Assembly (NCBI GenBank): GCA_021513695.1
Contig: CP084166.1
Span: forward strand, 1,280,001-1,344,000
Length of the DNA stretch: 64,000 nucleotides
Source: Candidatus Heimdallarchaeum aukensis
GTDB taxonomy: Archaea; Asgardarchaeota; Heimdallarchaeia; Heimdallarchaeales; Heimdallarchaeaceae
Direction of reading: 5' to 3'
Shown: one piece after another, positions 49,841 to 58,837 of the stretch
Layout of the letters: every line of letters starts with the position of its first letter
How positions within the stretch are numbered: the stretch's first letter is position 1
Program-made: the position numbers and the translations under genes
The notes under the pieces: model-generated
The model's input: only the letters and a program-made list of their open reading frames with translations
Told to the model about the DNA's origin: nothing
Databases searched by the model: none

Positions 49841-51937
49841 TTGCTTCCGATGGTTGATAACAAGTTAAAGCAAATAAAAGAATTATTCAAAAAGGGGTAT
49901 TTTAGTGAAATTTTGTCTATTATTCAAGAGAAACTCTCTGAAGCAGATAATAGACAAAATTTATGGGAGTACTATTTCTATTTAGCACAAGTTCAATATA
50001 TGCTTGCAAAGAACAAAGATGCTTTAAAAGCTATAGAAAAAACCTTATCTCTCATTAAAGAGATCCAAATTGAAACTAAGAGCGTAATAGAAATTCAGAT
50101 TATGTATGGTAAGATTTTAAGAAGAAACAGGAAACTTCAGGAAGCAAGGCAAGTATATTTAGATTTATTAAGAAAGGAAGAAAAAGACATTAGTAAAGAG
50201 ACAAAAATAGTTATTTTTCATAATTTAGCTAATGTTTATTTAGAATTAAAAGAATACAAAGAAGCCGAGAAACTACTAAAAAAAGCTTTATCCCTCTCTA
50301 AAGAATTAAAAAAAGAAGAAAAAATAGCTACAGTATATTCAAGTTTTGCTGCTTTTAAATACTTATTAGGCGAAGTAGATACAGCCTTAGAGTACTATTT
50401 AAAAAGCCTAGATATTCGAGAAAAACTTCAAGATGAGCAAGGAAAAGCAATGTTATATTTCAACATTGGAACAATATATTCTAATATACAAAATAGAGAA
50501 AATGCTGAAAAATATCTTTTAAATGCTATAAAATTATTCAAATCTACGAACAATTCCAAAGGAGAGACTGCAGCAAAAGAAACACTAGCAACAATGTATT
50601 ATAATTTAGGTAAAATAGATGAAACTATTAAGTGGTTAGATCATCTTATAGACGTTCCTGAGTATAACCCTAAACAACTTCAAAAGGTATCTATACTTAT
50701 TGACTGCCTTTTACAACGAAATCAAATTAAACCACTAGAAAATATTTTATTAAAATCAATTAACTCAATAAACAATTTAGAAAAAAATATCTTAGAGAAG
50801 TATTGGAAAGAAATTTTTCGGATTAAATATATCTATGTTACCTTTATTTTAGAAAAAGAAGACCAAGAAAAGGCTTTAGAAATGCTAGAAGAACTAAAAA
50901 ATGAAGAAAGCTTAAGAAACAATTGGGATAATATAATTCTTGTAAGCTTAGAAAAAGCACGCATATATGAAAACATGTCGAATTTAGAACATGCAATCAA
51001 TGAATTAGAAATTGTAGAAGAAATTGGAAAAAAACAAAAAAGAAATATTAAACTAGTTATGATAAAGGAAAGCCAAATATATTTTAGATTAGGAAAATAT
51101 AAGAAAACGCTTAAGAAACTTGAGAACGTAAGAGATTTAGTTGAAAACAGGCATAAATATATCATTGAAACAATTATTCGTTCTTTGAAAATAGCTTTAA
51201 AACAAAAACTTATAGATTCAACAAAATTATTAGAATCAAATTTCAAAGATATTGATTATGAATTAGTTTTCTTACAAGACATATTAGTTCAAATTCAGAA
51301 AAATAGTTTGAAGATCAAGAATGTTGACAAATTATGCAAGAAAATAGGAATATGTAGTGAAAAACTTACTTTTTCAAACTATCTCTTGATTCACAAATTA
51401 TTAACAAATGAGGAGCTCGACAGAGAACTTTATTTGGAAAGCAATTCAAGATTAGAACAAATTTACAGAAGAGTTATTGAAAATCAAATACTTCCTGAAG
51501 AATTTAGAGAACATTTTGAAAAATCATTTCAAAGTGATTCTTGGGATTATAAAGAAAAGAGTAGAATTCTAGACATTTTATGTATAGGAGTTTTGAATGA
51601 CTTAATATCAAAAAATGTAATTTCACAAGTCTCTTGGAAAAAAGAAGAAAAGGCAATTAATGAAAGTTTATTGAAAATAAAGAAAATATTATACACAAGG
51701 CTCATTGAAGCTCATTCGCTATATGATTTCCAATTAGAGAATGAAGAAAAAGGAGTGTTCCTATTAAAAGAATCACAGCAATTTATTAGACAGTTGATTT
51801 ATACAATAACAGATTTTATAAAAAGTAATTTTTCGGAATTTACAAGAGAACAAATTCAAACCTATCTGTTTATCGTTGTGAAAGTAACCATAGGAACAAT
51901 TGAACAATTATTTTTAGTTGATTTTAATGAAAGATAA
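49841..51937 (+). CDS. TPR-repeat protein
   Basis: 698 aa with repeated 34-residue helical hairpin patterns (…YFNIGTIYSNIQNRENAEKYLLNAIKLF…). Confidence 0.55.
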   Translation: MLPMVDNKLKQIKELFKKGYFSEILSIIQEKLSEADNRQNLWEYYFYLAQVQYMLAKNKDALKAIEKTLSLIKEIQIETKSVIEIQIMYGKILRRNRKLQEARQVYLDLLRKEEKDISKETKIVIFHNLANVYLELKEYKEAEKLLKKALSLSKELKKEEKIATVYSSFAAFKYLLGEVDTALEYYLKSLDIREKLQDEQGKAMLYFNIGTIYSNIQNRENAEKYLLNAIKLFKSTNNSKGETAAKETLATMYYNLGKIDETIKWLDHLIDVPEYNPKQLQKVSILIDCLLQRNQIKPLENILLKSINSINNLEKNILEKYWKEIFRIKYIYVTFILEKEDQEKALEMLEELKNEESLRNNWDNIILVSLEKARIYENMSNLEHAINELEIVEEIGKKQKRNIKLVMIKESQIYFRLGKYKKTLKKLENVRDLVENRHKYIIETIIRSLKIALKQKLIDSTKLLESNFKDIDYELVFLQDILVQIQKNSLKIKNVDKLCKKIGICSEKLTFSNYLLIHKLLTNEELDRELYLESNSRLEQIYRRVIENQILPEEFREHFEKSFQSDSWDYKEKSRILDILCIGVLNDLISKNVISQVSWKKEEKAINESLLKIKKILYTRLIEAHSLYDFQLENEEKGVFLLKESQQFIRQLIYTITDFIKSNFSEFTREQIQTYLFIVVKVTIGTIEQLFLVDFNER

Positions 51938-52508
51938 TAAAGCTAAAGCTAGGTGGATGCTTTATCCATATCGCCTTGCTCATCACCCAACATGTGAAAA
52001 GTACAAAGATCATGTTTACACAATAAAAGGAATAAAAGTTTGCAGAGGATGCTTTAACCTCTACCTGGGTCAGATAGTTGGTTTAATTTTAGCCTTTATT
52101 CTAAGTTTTGTTTTAGATGTAGAATTCTGGATACCTTTTATTTTAACTTATGTTCTCTATTCTTTTACACTTCTTAATCTAAAGTTCGAAATTCCTAGAT
52201 TAATTAAAGACTTTTTCAGATTTTTATTAGGTATTGCAGTAATTATGTCTTATTTAACTGTAATACTATCAATATTTGAACTAATTAAAGGAATAAATAT
52301 CCTTGCTATAGTCTCACTTTTTTTAGTTGGATTAACACACCTTTTATCAAGAACACTATTAGTGAAATGGAGAAATGGTCAAAATAGAAAAATCTGTCTC
52401 AGTTGTGAACAATATCATCTTCCTCGATGTGAAGGAATGAAATTAGCATACGATAGAATGATTTCTCTTCAAGTCTCAGAGTTAGGAGATGCTTTTAGTG
52501 ACGATTGA
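51918..52508 (+). CDS. membrane protein with two CxxC pairs (DUF2085-like?), overlaps TPR gene end by 20 nt
   Basis: CEKY…CRGC … CLSCEQYHLPRC. Four hydrophobic helices. Confidence 0.35.
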   Translation: MILMKDNKAKARWMLYPYRLAHHPTCEKYKDHVYTIKGIKVCRGCFNLYLGQIVGLILAFILSFVLDVEFWIPFILTYVLYSFTLLNLKFEIPRLIKDFFRFLLGIAVIMSYLTVILSIFELIKGINILAIVSLFLVGLTHLLSRTLLVKWRNGQNRKICLSCEQYHLPRCEGMKLAYDRMISLQVSELGDAFSDD

Positions 52509-52565
52509 AATTCTTTCCTTACAAAAAAGTTTTAAAAAAAAATTAGAGCCTTTCTTGAATATTAA

Positions 52566-54137
52566 ATGGCAATGAATTCATTAACTTTAAACATTTTAGG
52601 GTTAGTTATTTTATTTATATTTGTTTTTTCTGTTCTAGCAACAGTAGAAATATTAAAGATAAAACAACTTTTAGAAGGAAAAACATCAAGAAAAGTAATT
52701 CATATATTAGTAGGAAATGTGGTTATTGTTTTTCCATTTGTTTTCTCAAATTTATGGTTTGCTTTAGTGGGCCCATTATTCTTTGTACTTTTCACTTATT
52801 TAACATGTCCAGGAAGCCCTATTAAAAAATTCAGACTTAAAAGTGTTGAAGAGGGACACACTTATGGTACTGTTTTTTATGCAATATCTTTAACAATTCT
52901 TGTTGTTTTATTTTTTGAACCAGAACACTTCAATCAAAAAAATGTAATAATTTTTGCTTCTTTTCTTCCTTTGGTATGGGGAGATGGAATTAGTGCTGTT
53001 ATTGGATTAAAGTATGGTAAAAAGGGAGAATTTACGATATTCAAAGACAAAAAATCACTAATTGGAAGTTGGTCTCTTGCTATTTCTTCTTTGGTTGTAG
53101 TTACTATTATATTGACCTTTTTCCAGATTAATTTCTTTGTTTCTCTTTACATTGGATTACTTATAGCTTTTATCTCAACCATAATTGAAGTAGTTTCACC
53201 AAAAGGGTTAGATAACATCACAATTCCAGCAGTTAATGCTTTGGTTCTCTATTTAATGTTTAAATCGTTAAATAACAATTTTAATACTTTAGAGGAAAGG
53301 ATTTCAAAAACCACCATCCTTATCGCATTATGTTTATCTTTTGTCATAGCTGCAGCAAGTATTTCAGTAAAAGCACTAACGTGGGATGGAGCTCTAGCTG
53401 GATTCTTTTTTGGCATTGTCATTTTTGGATTAGGTGGGTGGAGTTGGGGCGCGATGTATTTTGCATTTTTCCTAATTGGGAGCTTAACCACATTCTTTAA
53501 GAAAAAGGAAAAAAGCGACATAACCAAGGAATTTGAAAAAGGATCAACAGCAAGAGATAGCATACAAGCTTCAGTGAATAGTTTTATTCCTGTAATTGCA
53601 GCTTTATTGAATTTAATTTTTCCTTCGCACTTTTTCACTGTTATAACTGCAGGAGCTTTAGCTACAAGTCTAAGTGATACTTTAGCTACTGAAATAGGTT
53701 CGCTATCCAAAAAAAACCCAAGAGAAGCAATTAGACCATGGAAAGAAGCAAAAAAAGGTTCTCCAGGAGCAATTTCAATATTAGGAACATCAGCTTCATT
53801 ATTGGGTGCAGGAATAATAGCAATAGCAGGATGGATAGGTAGTCTCTTTGAAAAAACTTCTTTATTCCAAAATAATACAGCCATATTACTTTTAATAATA
53901 ACATTTAGTGGTTTCATTGGAGCTTATTTTGATAGCGTTTTTGCAGAAACAGTTCAATGTCTGAATAAATGTTCAATCTGTGGAAAAATAACAGAAAAAA
54001 CTTATCATTGTGAAACAAAAACAGAGTATTTTAGAGGTATTAAATTCATAAAAAATGATTTGGTAAACCTACTAAGCATCACAGTAGGTTCAGTTCTCTC
54101 TATTACCTTCGTATTTCTTGTTGAGCTATTGTATTAG
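52566..54137 (+). CDS. fusion of a CTP-dependent polyprenol (phytol/dolichol) kinase-like domain (VTE5/SEC59 family) and a DUF92/VTE6-like polyprenyl-phosphate kinase-like domain
   Basis: N-terminal half: RKVIHILVGN… and WGDGISAVIGLKYGK…KKSLIGSW (VTE5-like GDG…GR/K.fG…KS.eGS). C-terminal half: GGWSWGAMYF…RDSIQASVNSFIP (DUF92-like). C-terminal CxxC pairs. Confidence 0.5.
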   Translation: MAMNSLTLNILGLVILFIFVFSVLATVEILKIKQLLEGKTSRKVIHILVGNVVIVFPFVFSNLWFALVGPLFFVLFTYLTCPGSPIKKFRLKSVEEGHTYGTVFYAISLTILVVLFFEPEHFNQKNVIIFASFLPLVWGDGISAVIGLKYGKKGEFTIFKDKKSLIGSWSLAISSLVVVTIILTFFQINFFVSLYIGLLIAFISTIIEVVSPKGLDNITIPAVNALVLYLMFKSLNNNFNTLEERISKTTILIALCLSFVIAAASISVKALTWDGALAGFFFGIVIFGLGGWSWGAMYFAFFLIGSLTTFFKKKEKSDITKEFEKGSTARDSIQASVNSFIPVIAALLNLIFPSHFFTVITAGALATSLSDTLATEIGSLSKKNPREAIRPWKEAKKGSPGAISILGTSASLLGAGIIAIAGWIGSLFEKTSLFQNNTAILLLIITFSGFIGAYFDSVFAETVQCLNKCSICGKITEKTYHCETKTEYFRGIKFIKNDLVNLLSITVGSVLSITFVFLVELLY

Positions 54138-55410
54138 CAACTGTGAATTCTATTTCTTCTTTATCTGAAAGGCACTCAATACCTGGCAGCAGTTCTCCTT
54201 TCATTAAAGCTAAACTTGCACCTCCACCTGTAGATATAAAACTAATGTCATCTTGAAAACCAAATTTCTCAAAAGCTGCTGCAGAGTCTCCACCACAGAT
54301 AATAGAATAGATTTTATTTTCAATTAAAAAGCGTGCAATTTCTTTAGTACCATTCTCAAAGTCTTCTTTTTCAAAAACCCCTAGAGGTCCTTGCCATATA
54401 ACTTGTTTTGAGTTCTTAAGTACTTCTTTGAACATTTTAATTGTCTCACTGCCTATGTCTACTCCCATATGATTTTCTTGTATTGTTGTAATAGGAACTT
54501 CTTCAACATGTGTTGGATCATCTAACTCATCACAAACAACCACATCAACGGGCAAGTGAATTTTTGTTCCATTTAAGTTGGCTTCATGGAGATAATTCCG
54601 CACATCATCTAATTTAGATACATCTATTACTGATTTACCCACATTATATCCTTTAGCAGATAGAAAAGTGTAAGCCATTCCTCCCCCAATTATTATATTA
54701 TCAGCAACACCAATTAAATACTTAATCACATCAAGTTTATCTTTAACCTTCTTTCCACCTAAAATTACAGTAAATGGGCGTTTAGGGTTACTTAAAGCTT
54801 GGCTGAAAAATTTCAATTCTTTCTCAACCAAAAATCCATACCCTGCTTCCTCAAAGTATGCAGCTACACCATAAGTAGATGCGTGTTTTCGATGAGATGT
54901 GGCAAAAGCATCATTAATGTAGACATCAGCTAACTTTGCTAGTTGTCTTGCAAATTCTGGGTCATTTGCTTTTTCACCAGGATGAAAACGAGGATTTTCT
55001 AACAACAATATTTCTCCAGGTTTAAGTTTTTTTACCATCGCTTCAACTTCAGGCCCAATACAGTCTTTTGCCCTATAAACTGTCGTAAGTGGAAAGAATT
55101 CTTTTAATCTTTTATATATGGGAAGTAAATTGTAACGTTCATCTCTTTCTCCCCCTGGTCTTCCTAAGTGTGACAAAACTATAATTTTACAGTTTTCATT
55201 ATGAAGATAGAATAGAGTTGGTAATGTAAATCGAATTCTTCTTGCATCTGTTATTTGCCTGTAATCATTCAACGGTACGTTAAAATCAACTCTTACAAGA
55301 ACTGTTTTATTTCTTAAATCAATATCTGTTATAGATTTCTTCTGCTTAAATTTCAGAATATTTTTCATTTTTTCTACAGTTTCTGCGTCTAAGTGATTGT
55401 TATAGTTCAT
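54103..55410 (-). CDS. pgk: phosphoglycerate kinase
   Basis: LVRVDFNVPL, LLENPRFHPGE and GGGASLALMKGELLPG motifs. The 3' end overlaps the convergent upstream gene by 35 bp. Confidence 0.85.
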   Translation of the reverse strand: MNYNNHLDAETVEKMKNILKFKQKKSITDIDLRNKTVLVRVDFNVPLNDYRQITDARRIRFTLPTLFYLHNENCKIIVLSHLGRPGGERDERYNLLPIYKRLKEFFPLTTVYRAKDCIGPEVEAMVKKLKPGEILLLENPRFHPGEKANDPEFARQLAKLADVYINDAFATSHRKHASTYGVAAYFEEAGYGFLVEKELKFFSQALSNPKRPFTVILGGKKVKDKLDVIKYLIGVADNIIIGGGMAYTFLSAKGYNVGKSVIDVSKLDDVRNYLHEANLNGTKIHLPVDVVVCDELDDPTHVEEVPITTIQENHMGVDIGSETIKMFKEVLKNSKQVIWQGPLGVFEKEDFENGTKEIARFLIENKIYSIICGGDSAAAFEKFGFQDDISFISTGGGASLALMKGELLPGIECLSDKEEIEFTVANTIAQQEIRR

Positions 55411-55601
55411 GCAGTTAACCCCAATACAGATAATGAATCAATACGTATTATCAATACGTATAACCCATAACGGAAACAAATATAGCATAGTATTAAAATA
55501 TTCCCCTTCCATCATGTGTGATAATTTTAAAAGAAAATAACTTTTTCAATTAAGAGAAAAACAGCAAAAAATATTAAGTACAAAACTTATTTTCTCTGTG
55601 A

Positions 55602-56099
55602 ATGGACCACATTAAACAAGAATTAAAATATAATGTTAGTGAAGCAACTTTGAAAGATATCCCAAAGATTGTACTTCTATGGGGAGAAGCAATAAATTGG
55701 CATGCTAGTTTAGATCAGTCGTTTATTTTACAAGAAAATGGAGAAGAAAAATATGCAAGTTTCTTAAGAGAAGCAATATTTTCAGAAAAGCAAACGATAC
55801 TTAAAGCAGAAAAAGACAACAAAGAGGTTTTAGGATTTATCTTTGGTTACATTAGTGATAAAAGCATGTTTTTTAGAAGGAAGATTACAGCTCATATTAG
55901 TGACATTGTAGTTCATAAGGATTACAGAAACAAGGGAATAGGAACAACACTAATGGAAACTTTTGAAAAAGGGTTTGCAAAAAAGCATAATGCTTCCTCA
56001 ATTACCCTTTATGTTCATCCATTAAATGAAATAGCGTTAAAGTTTTACAAAAAATTAAAATTTAAAGAACAATTGAGATTACTAATAAAGGAAATTTGA
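55602..56099 (+). CDS. GNAT-family N-acetyltransferase
   Basis: VVHKDYRNKGIGTTLME acetyl-CoA-binding motif. Confidence 0.7.
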   Translation: MDHIKQELKYNVSEATLKDIPKIVLLWGEAINWHASLDQSFILQENGEEKYASFLREAIFSEKQTILKAEKDNKEVLGFIFGYISDKSMFFRRKITAHISDIVVHKDYRNKGIGTTLMETFEKGFAKKHNASSITLYVHPLNEIALKFYKKLKFKEQLRLLIKEI

Positions 56100-56119
56100 A
56101 GTGAGCGAAATGTTGAAAT

Positions 56120-56542
56120 TTAAATTAAGACACCTATAGAAAAATTTGAAGAAGGATAGTAATTTTCATCATTTTTTTTGAGAATAAAGCCCATTCCTGT
56201 ACCAACAGAAGTAGAAAAAACACCCATTTTGCCATTTTGTACTTGCAATATGACTTCTACTTTTCTTTGTGGAAAAACTGTTTTTTCTAAAAGAAAGGAA
56301 ATTTCACCTTCTTTGGTATTAGTAAATTCTTTTTCGATTACTGGATTTTCATCAATCAATAGGCTTAGTTGTGCTTTTAAGTTCCCTTCTAAATTTGAAA
56401 TTTTAGCGACAACGCCTTTAATTCCTGTATCTCTAAAGAGAATACTTGCAAACATTTGCTTTATTGAAGATATATCATCCCCTAACCATAGAACTTTAAA
56501 TGATGGGGATGATATATCATATCCCCATATTGGTTCAGTCAT
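56120..56542 (-). CDS. hypothetical protein
   Basis: 140-aa ORF with no family recognised. Confidence 0.3.
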   Translation of the reverse strand: MTEPIWGYDISSPSFKVLWLGDDISSIKQMFASILFRDTGIKGVVAKISNLEGNLKAQLSLLIDENPVIEKEFTNTKEGEISFLLEKTVFPQRKVEVILQVQNGKMGVFSTSVGTGMGFILKKNDENYYPSSNFSIGVLI

Positions 56543-56546
56543 TCAA

Positions 56547-57509
56547 TCACCTTTTCTTTTGTTTTATATATAAAGCAATAATTGCAACCACGGATAACGG
56601 ACCAATAATTATTAGAAAGATGACCGGTAGGCTTGTAGTCTTGTAAAAGTAATTAAGTAAATTGTTTACAAATAGTTTTCCTTGTATGGGACTACCGTGT
56701 TCTCCCTCTTCTCCATACATATTTTTATATGTACTGAATAGTACTTCTCCAGAAACAATAAGATGTGATTCTCCAAAGTCTTCGTATACTACAGCGGGAT
56801 AATTTCCTTTTTCATCTAGAGAGATGTAGAAATCACTTTCAGTGTTACTATAATCTTGATCTAACATTTCAGCAGACTCATTATAAGAGAACAGGACTTC
56901 TATTCCTTCAATTGTTTGTGTTCGTAAATCGACAAAATTTCCATTTTCCATTCCATATACAGCTGTTGGGCCATGAAGTAATAGCCTTTCTACTCCTTCA
57001 TTTACAACAGAACCGATATCTCCTGTTCCAGGATTGGTTGCAATAACACGGTATCCTGTACCGTCATTAGAGTATAGGTCAGAAACTGCACCAGAATCTA
57101 ATCTCAATTTAGAATCAATGTATTCTAGTAATGGATTAATGGACTTATGTGAGATAAATTGACCTGCATAATCAGAGTCCCCTGCTATCCATAGCAATTT
57201 ATCAGGATTTGAAAACCATGTTTTAATAACATTCATTTCATCCGAAGTGTAGTTTATTCTAGAAGCAGGAATTAGTAACATATCATAATCGTTAATATTC
57301 GTGAAATTTTCGATTTCATCGACAATATTACCACTTTCTAAGTAATCAGTTTTAAAAAGATCATAGGTTATATGCATAGGAGAGTGGCCAATGTCAATAG
57401 CTATCTTCTTTTTAGATAACCTAATTTCTGAAGCTTGTACTAAAACCACAAAAGAAATTTGTTCAGTGACTAAAAATAATAAAAATAAAGTTGTTAATAT
57501 TTTTTTCAT
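56547..57509 (-). CDS. secreted membrane-anchored protein, paralogue A (DUF4350-like?)
   Basis: Signal peptide. WFSNPDKLLWIAGDSDYAGQF…RLDSGAVSD…NDGTGYRVIATNPGTGD. C-terminal TM plus KQKKR. Confidence 0.45.
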   Translation of the reverse strand: MKKILTTLFLLFLVTEQISFVVLVQASEIRLSKKKIAIDIGHSPMHITYDLFKTDYLESGNIVDEIENFTNINDYDMLLIPASRINYTSDEMNVIKTWFSNPDKLLWIAGDSDYAGQFISHKSINPLLEYIDSKLRLDSGAVSDLYSNDGTGYRVIATNPGTGDIGSVVNEGVERLLLHGPTAVYGMENGNFVDLRTQTIEGIEVLFSYNESAEMLDQDYSNTESDFYISLDEKGNYPAVVYEDFGESHLIVSGEVLFSTYKNMYGEEGEHGSPIQGKLFVNNLLNYFYKTTSLPVIFLIIIGPLSVVAIIALYIKQKKR

Positions 57510-57686
57510 AGGAGGAAAAGAACTATTTTTTTAAAAAAGTTTATGTTTAGTCTTGTTATGAGGATTTACACATCTAAAAGAATAATGTCGATGTATAAAT
57601 ATTTTAAAACTTATTATATTCTATGAGAAATATTTAATTATTGGAATATTATAACATATTCAGCACAATCGTGCGGTGAAAAAAAG

Positions 57687-58676
57687 ATGAAAAAAACAAT
57701 TGTAGGCCTACTTCTAATAGTGACAATTTTAGCCACTGTCCCTTCAACTTTTGCTTATGACACATCAATCAAAGTAAAAAATAAAACAATCATGATTGAT
57801 GTAAGTCATGGAGCATATCATACATCAGTTGAAAATTTCAAGGGAAATCTTACTGAAGCAAAGAATACAGTAGTAATGCTAGAGAGCGATCTCTTGACTA
57901 ACTTTACTGCTGAAGCTGATGCTCTGTTCATGTCAGGACCAGACGAAATGTATACTGGTGAAGAAACCGAAAAGATCAAGGATTGGTTCAACCAAGGAGG
58001 AAAATTCCTCTTCATTGGTGGAGATTCTGACTACGGTGGTTACTTCTCTCCAGTAGCTATAAACAACCTTCTAAGAAACTTAGGAGCTAACATTAGATTA
58101 GACAGTACATCAATCAGTGATGAAAATAACAACGACGGAGCATCATACAGAGTTGCAGCTACTCAACCAGGTACTGGTGATGTTGCTACAAAGGTAACAG
58201 AAGGTATGGAAGCTGGTTTCATTCTTCATGGACCATGTTCTATACTTGGAATCAACACTTCAACAGCAGTTCCTGAATATCTTGACCTAAGAACTGCAAC
58301 ACTTCCTAATGTTGAAGTTTTATACAAATATTCAGCAGATGCTGTATCAAGTGACAGTGACGTTAGTGGATTGCCAACTGACTTATATGCAGAGTCTGAC
58401 ACAACTGGAAACTATCCAGCTGTAGTCTTAGAAACAATTGGCAATTCATACTTAGTATTAGCTGGTGAAGCCATCTTCACTGACTATAAGTCTATGTATG
58501 ATCAATTCACTGAAACTGGAGAATATAATGGCGGAGTAACCTATGGACAAATGTTCGTTAATAACCTAATTAACTACTTCCTAGGTGAAGCTCAAGCTCC
58601 ATTACCAATTGCTCCAGTTGTTGCTGCCTTAGCTTTATTTGGTGGCGCATTAGTCATTGTTAGAAGAAGAAAGTAA
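57687..58676 (+). CDS. secreted membrane-anchored protein, paralogue B (DUF4350-like?)
   Basis: WFNQGGKFLFIGGDSDYGGYF…RLDSTSISD…NDGASYRVAATQPGTGD. C-terminal TM plus RRRK. Clearly homologous to 56547-57509. Confidence 0.45.
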   Translation: MKKTIVGLLLIVTILATVPSTFAYDTSIKVKNKTIMIDVSHGAYHTSVENFKGNLTEAKNTVVMLESDLLTNFTAEADALFMSGPDEMYTGEETEKIKDWFNQGGKFLFIGGDSDYGGYFSPVAINNLLRNLGANIRLDSTSISDENNNDGASYRVAATQPGTGDVATKVTEGMEAGFILHGPCSILGINTSTAVPEYLDLRTATLPNVEVLYKYSADAVSSDSDVSGLPTDLYAESDTTGNYPAVVLETIGNSYLVLAGEAIFTDYKSMYDQFTETGEYNGGVTYGQMFVNNLINYFLGEAQAPLPIAPVVAALALFGGALVIVRRRK

Positions 58677-58689
58677 ATAAAGTTTTAAC

Positions 58690-58722
58690 TTTATTTTATT
58701 TTTTTATTTTTTTATTTTGTTT
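58690..58722 (+). terminator. T-rich tract after paralogue B
   Basis: ttttattttatttttttatttttttatttt. Confidence 0.3.
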
Positions 58723-58837
58723 CTAAGATTCATTTTTTATGTCTTAACTTATCATAATTTTTTAAAGCAGAATCTTCCAATAGTACATAAATTTATTAGG
58801 GCTACTTCATTATAAATACAAGGACTCTGGGATAATA

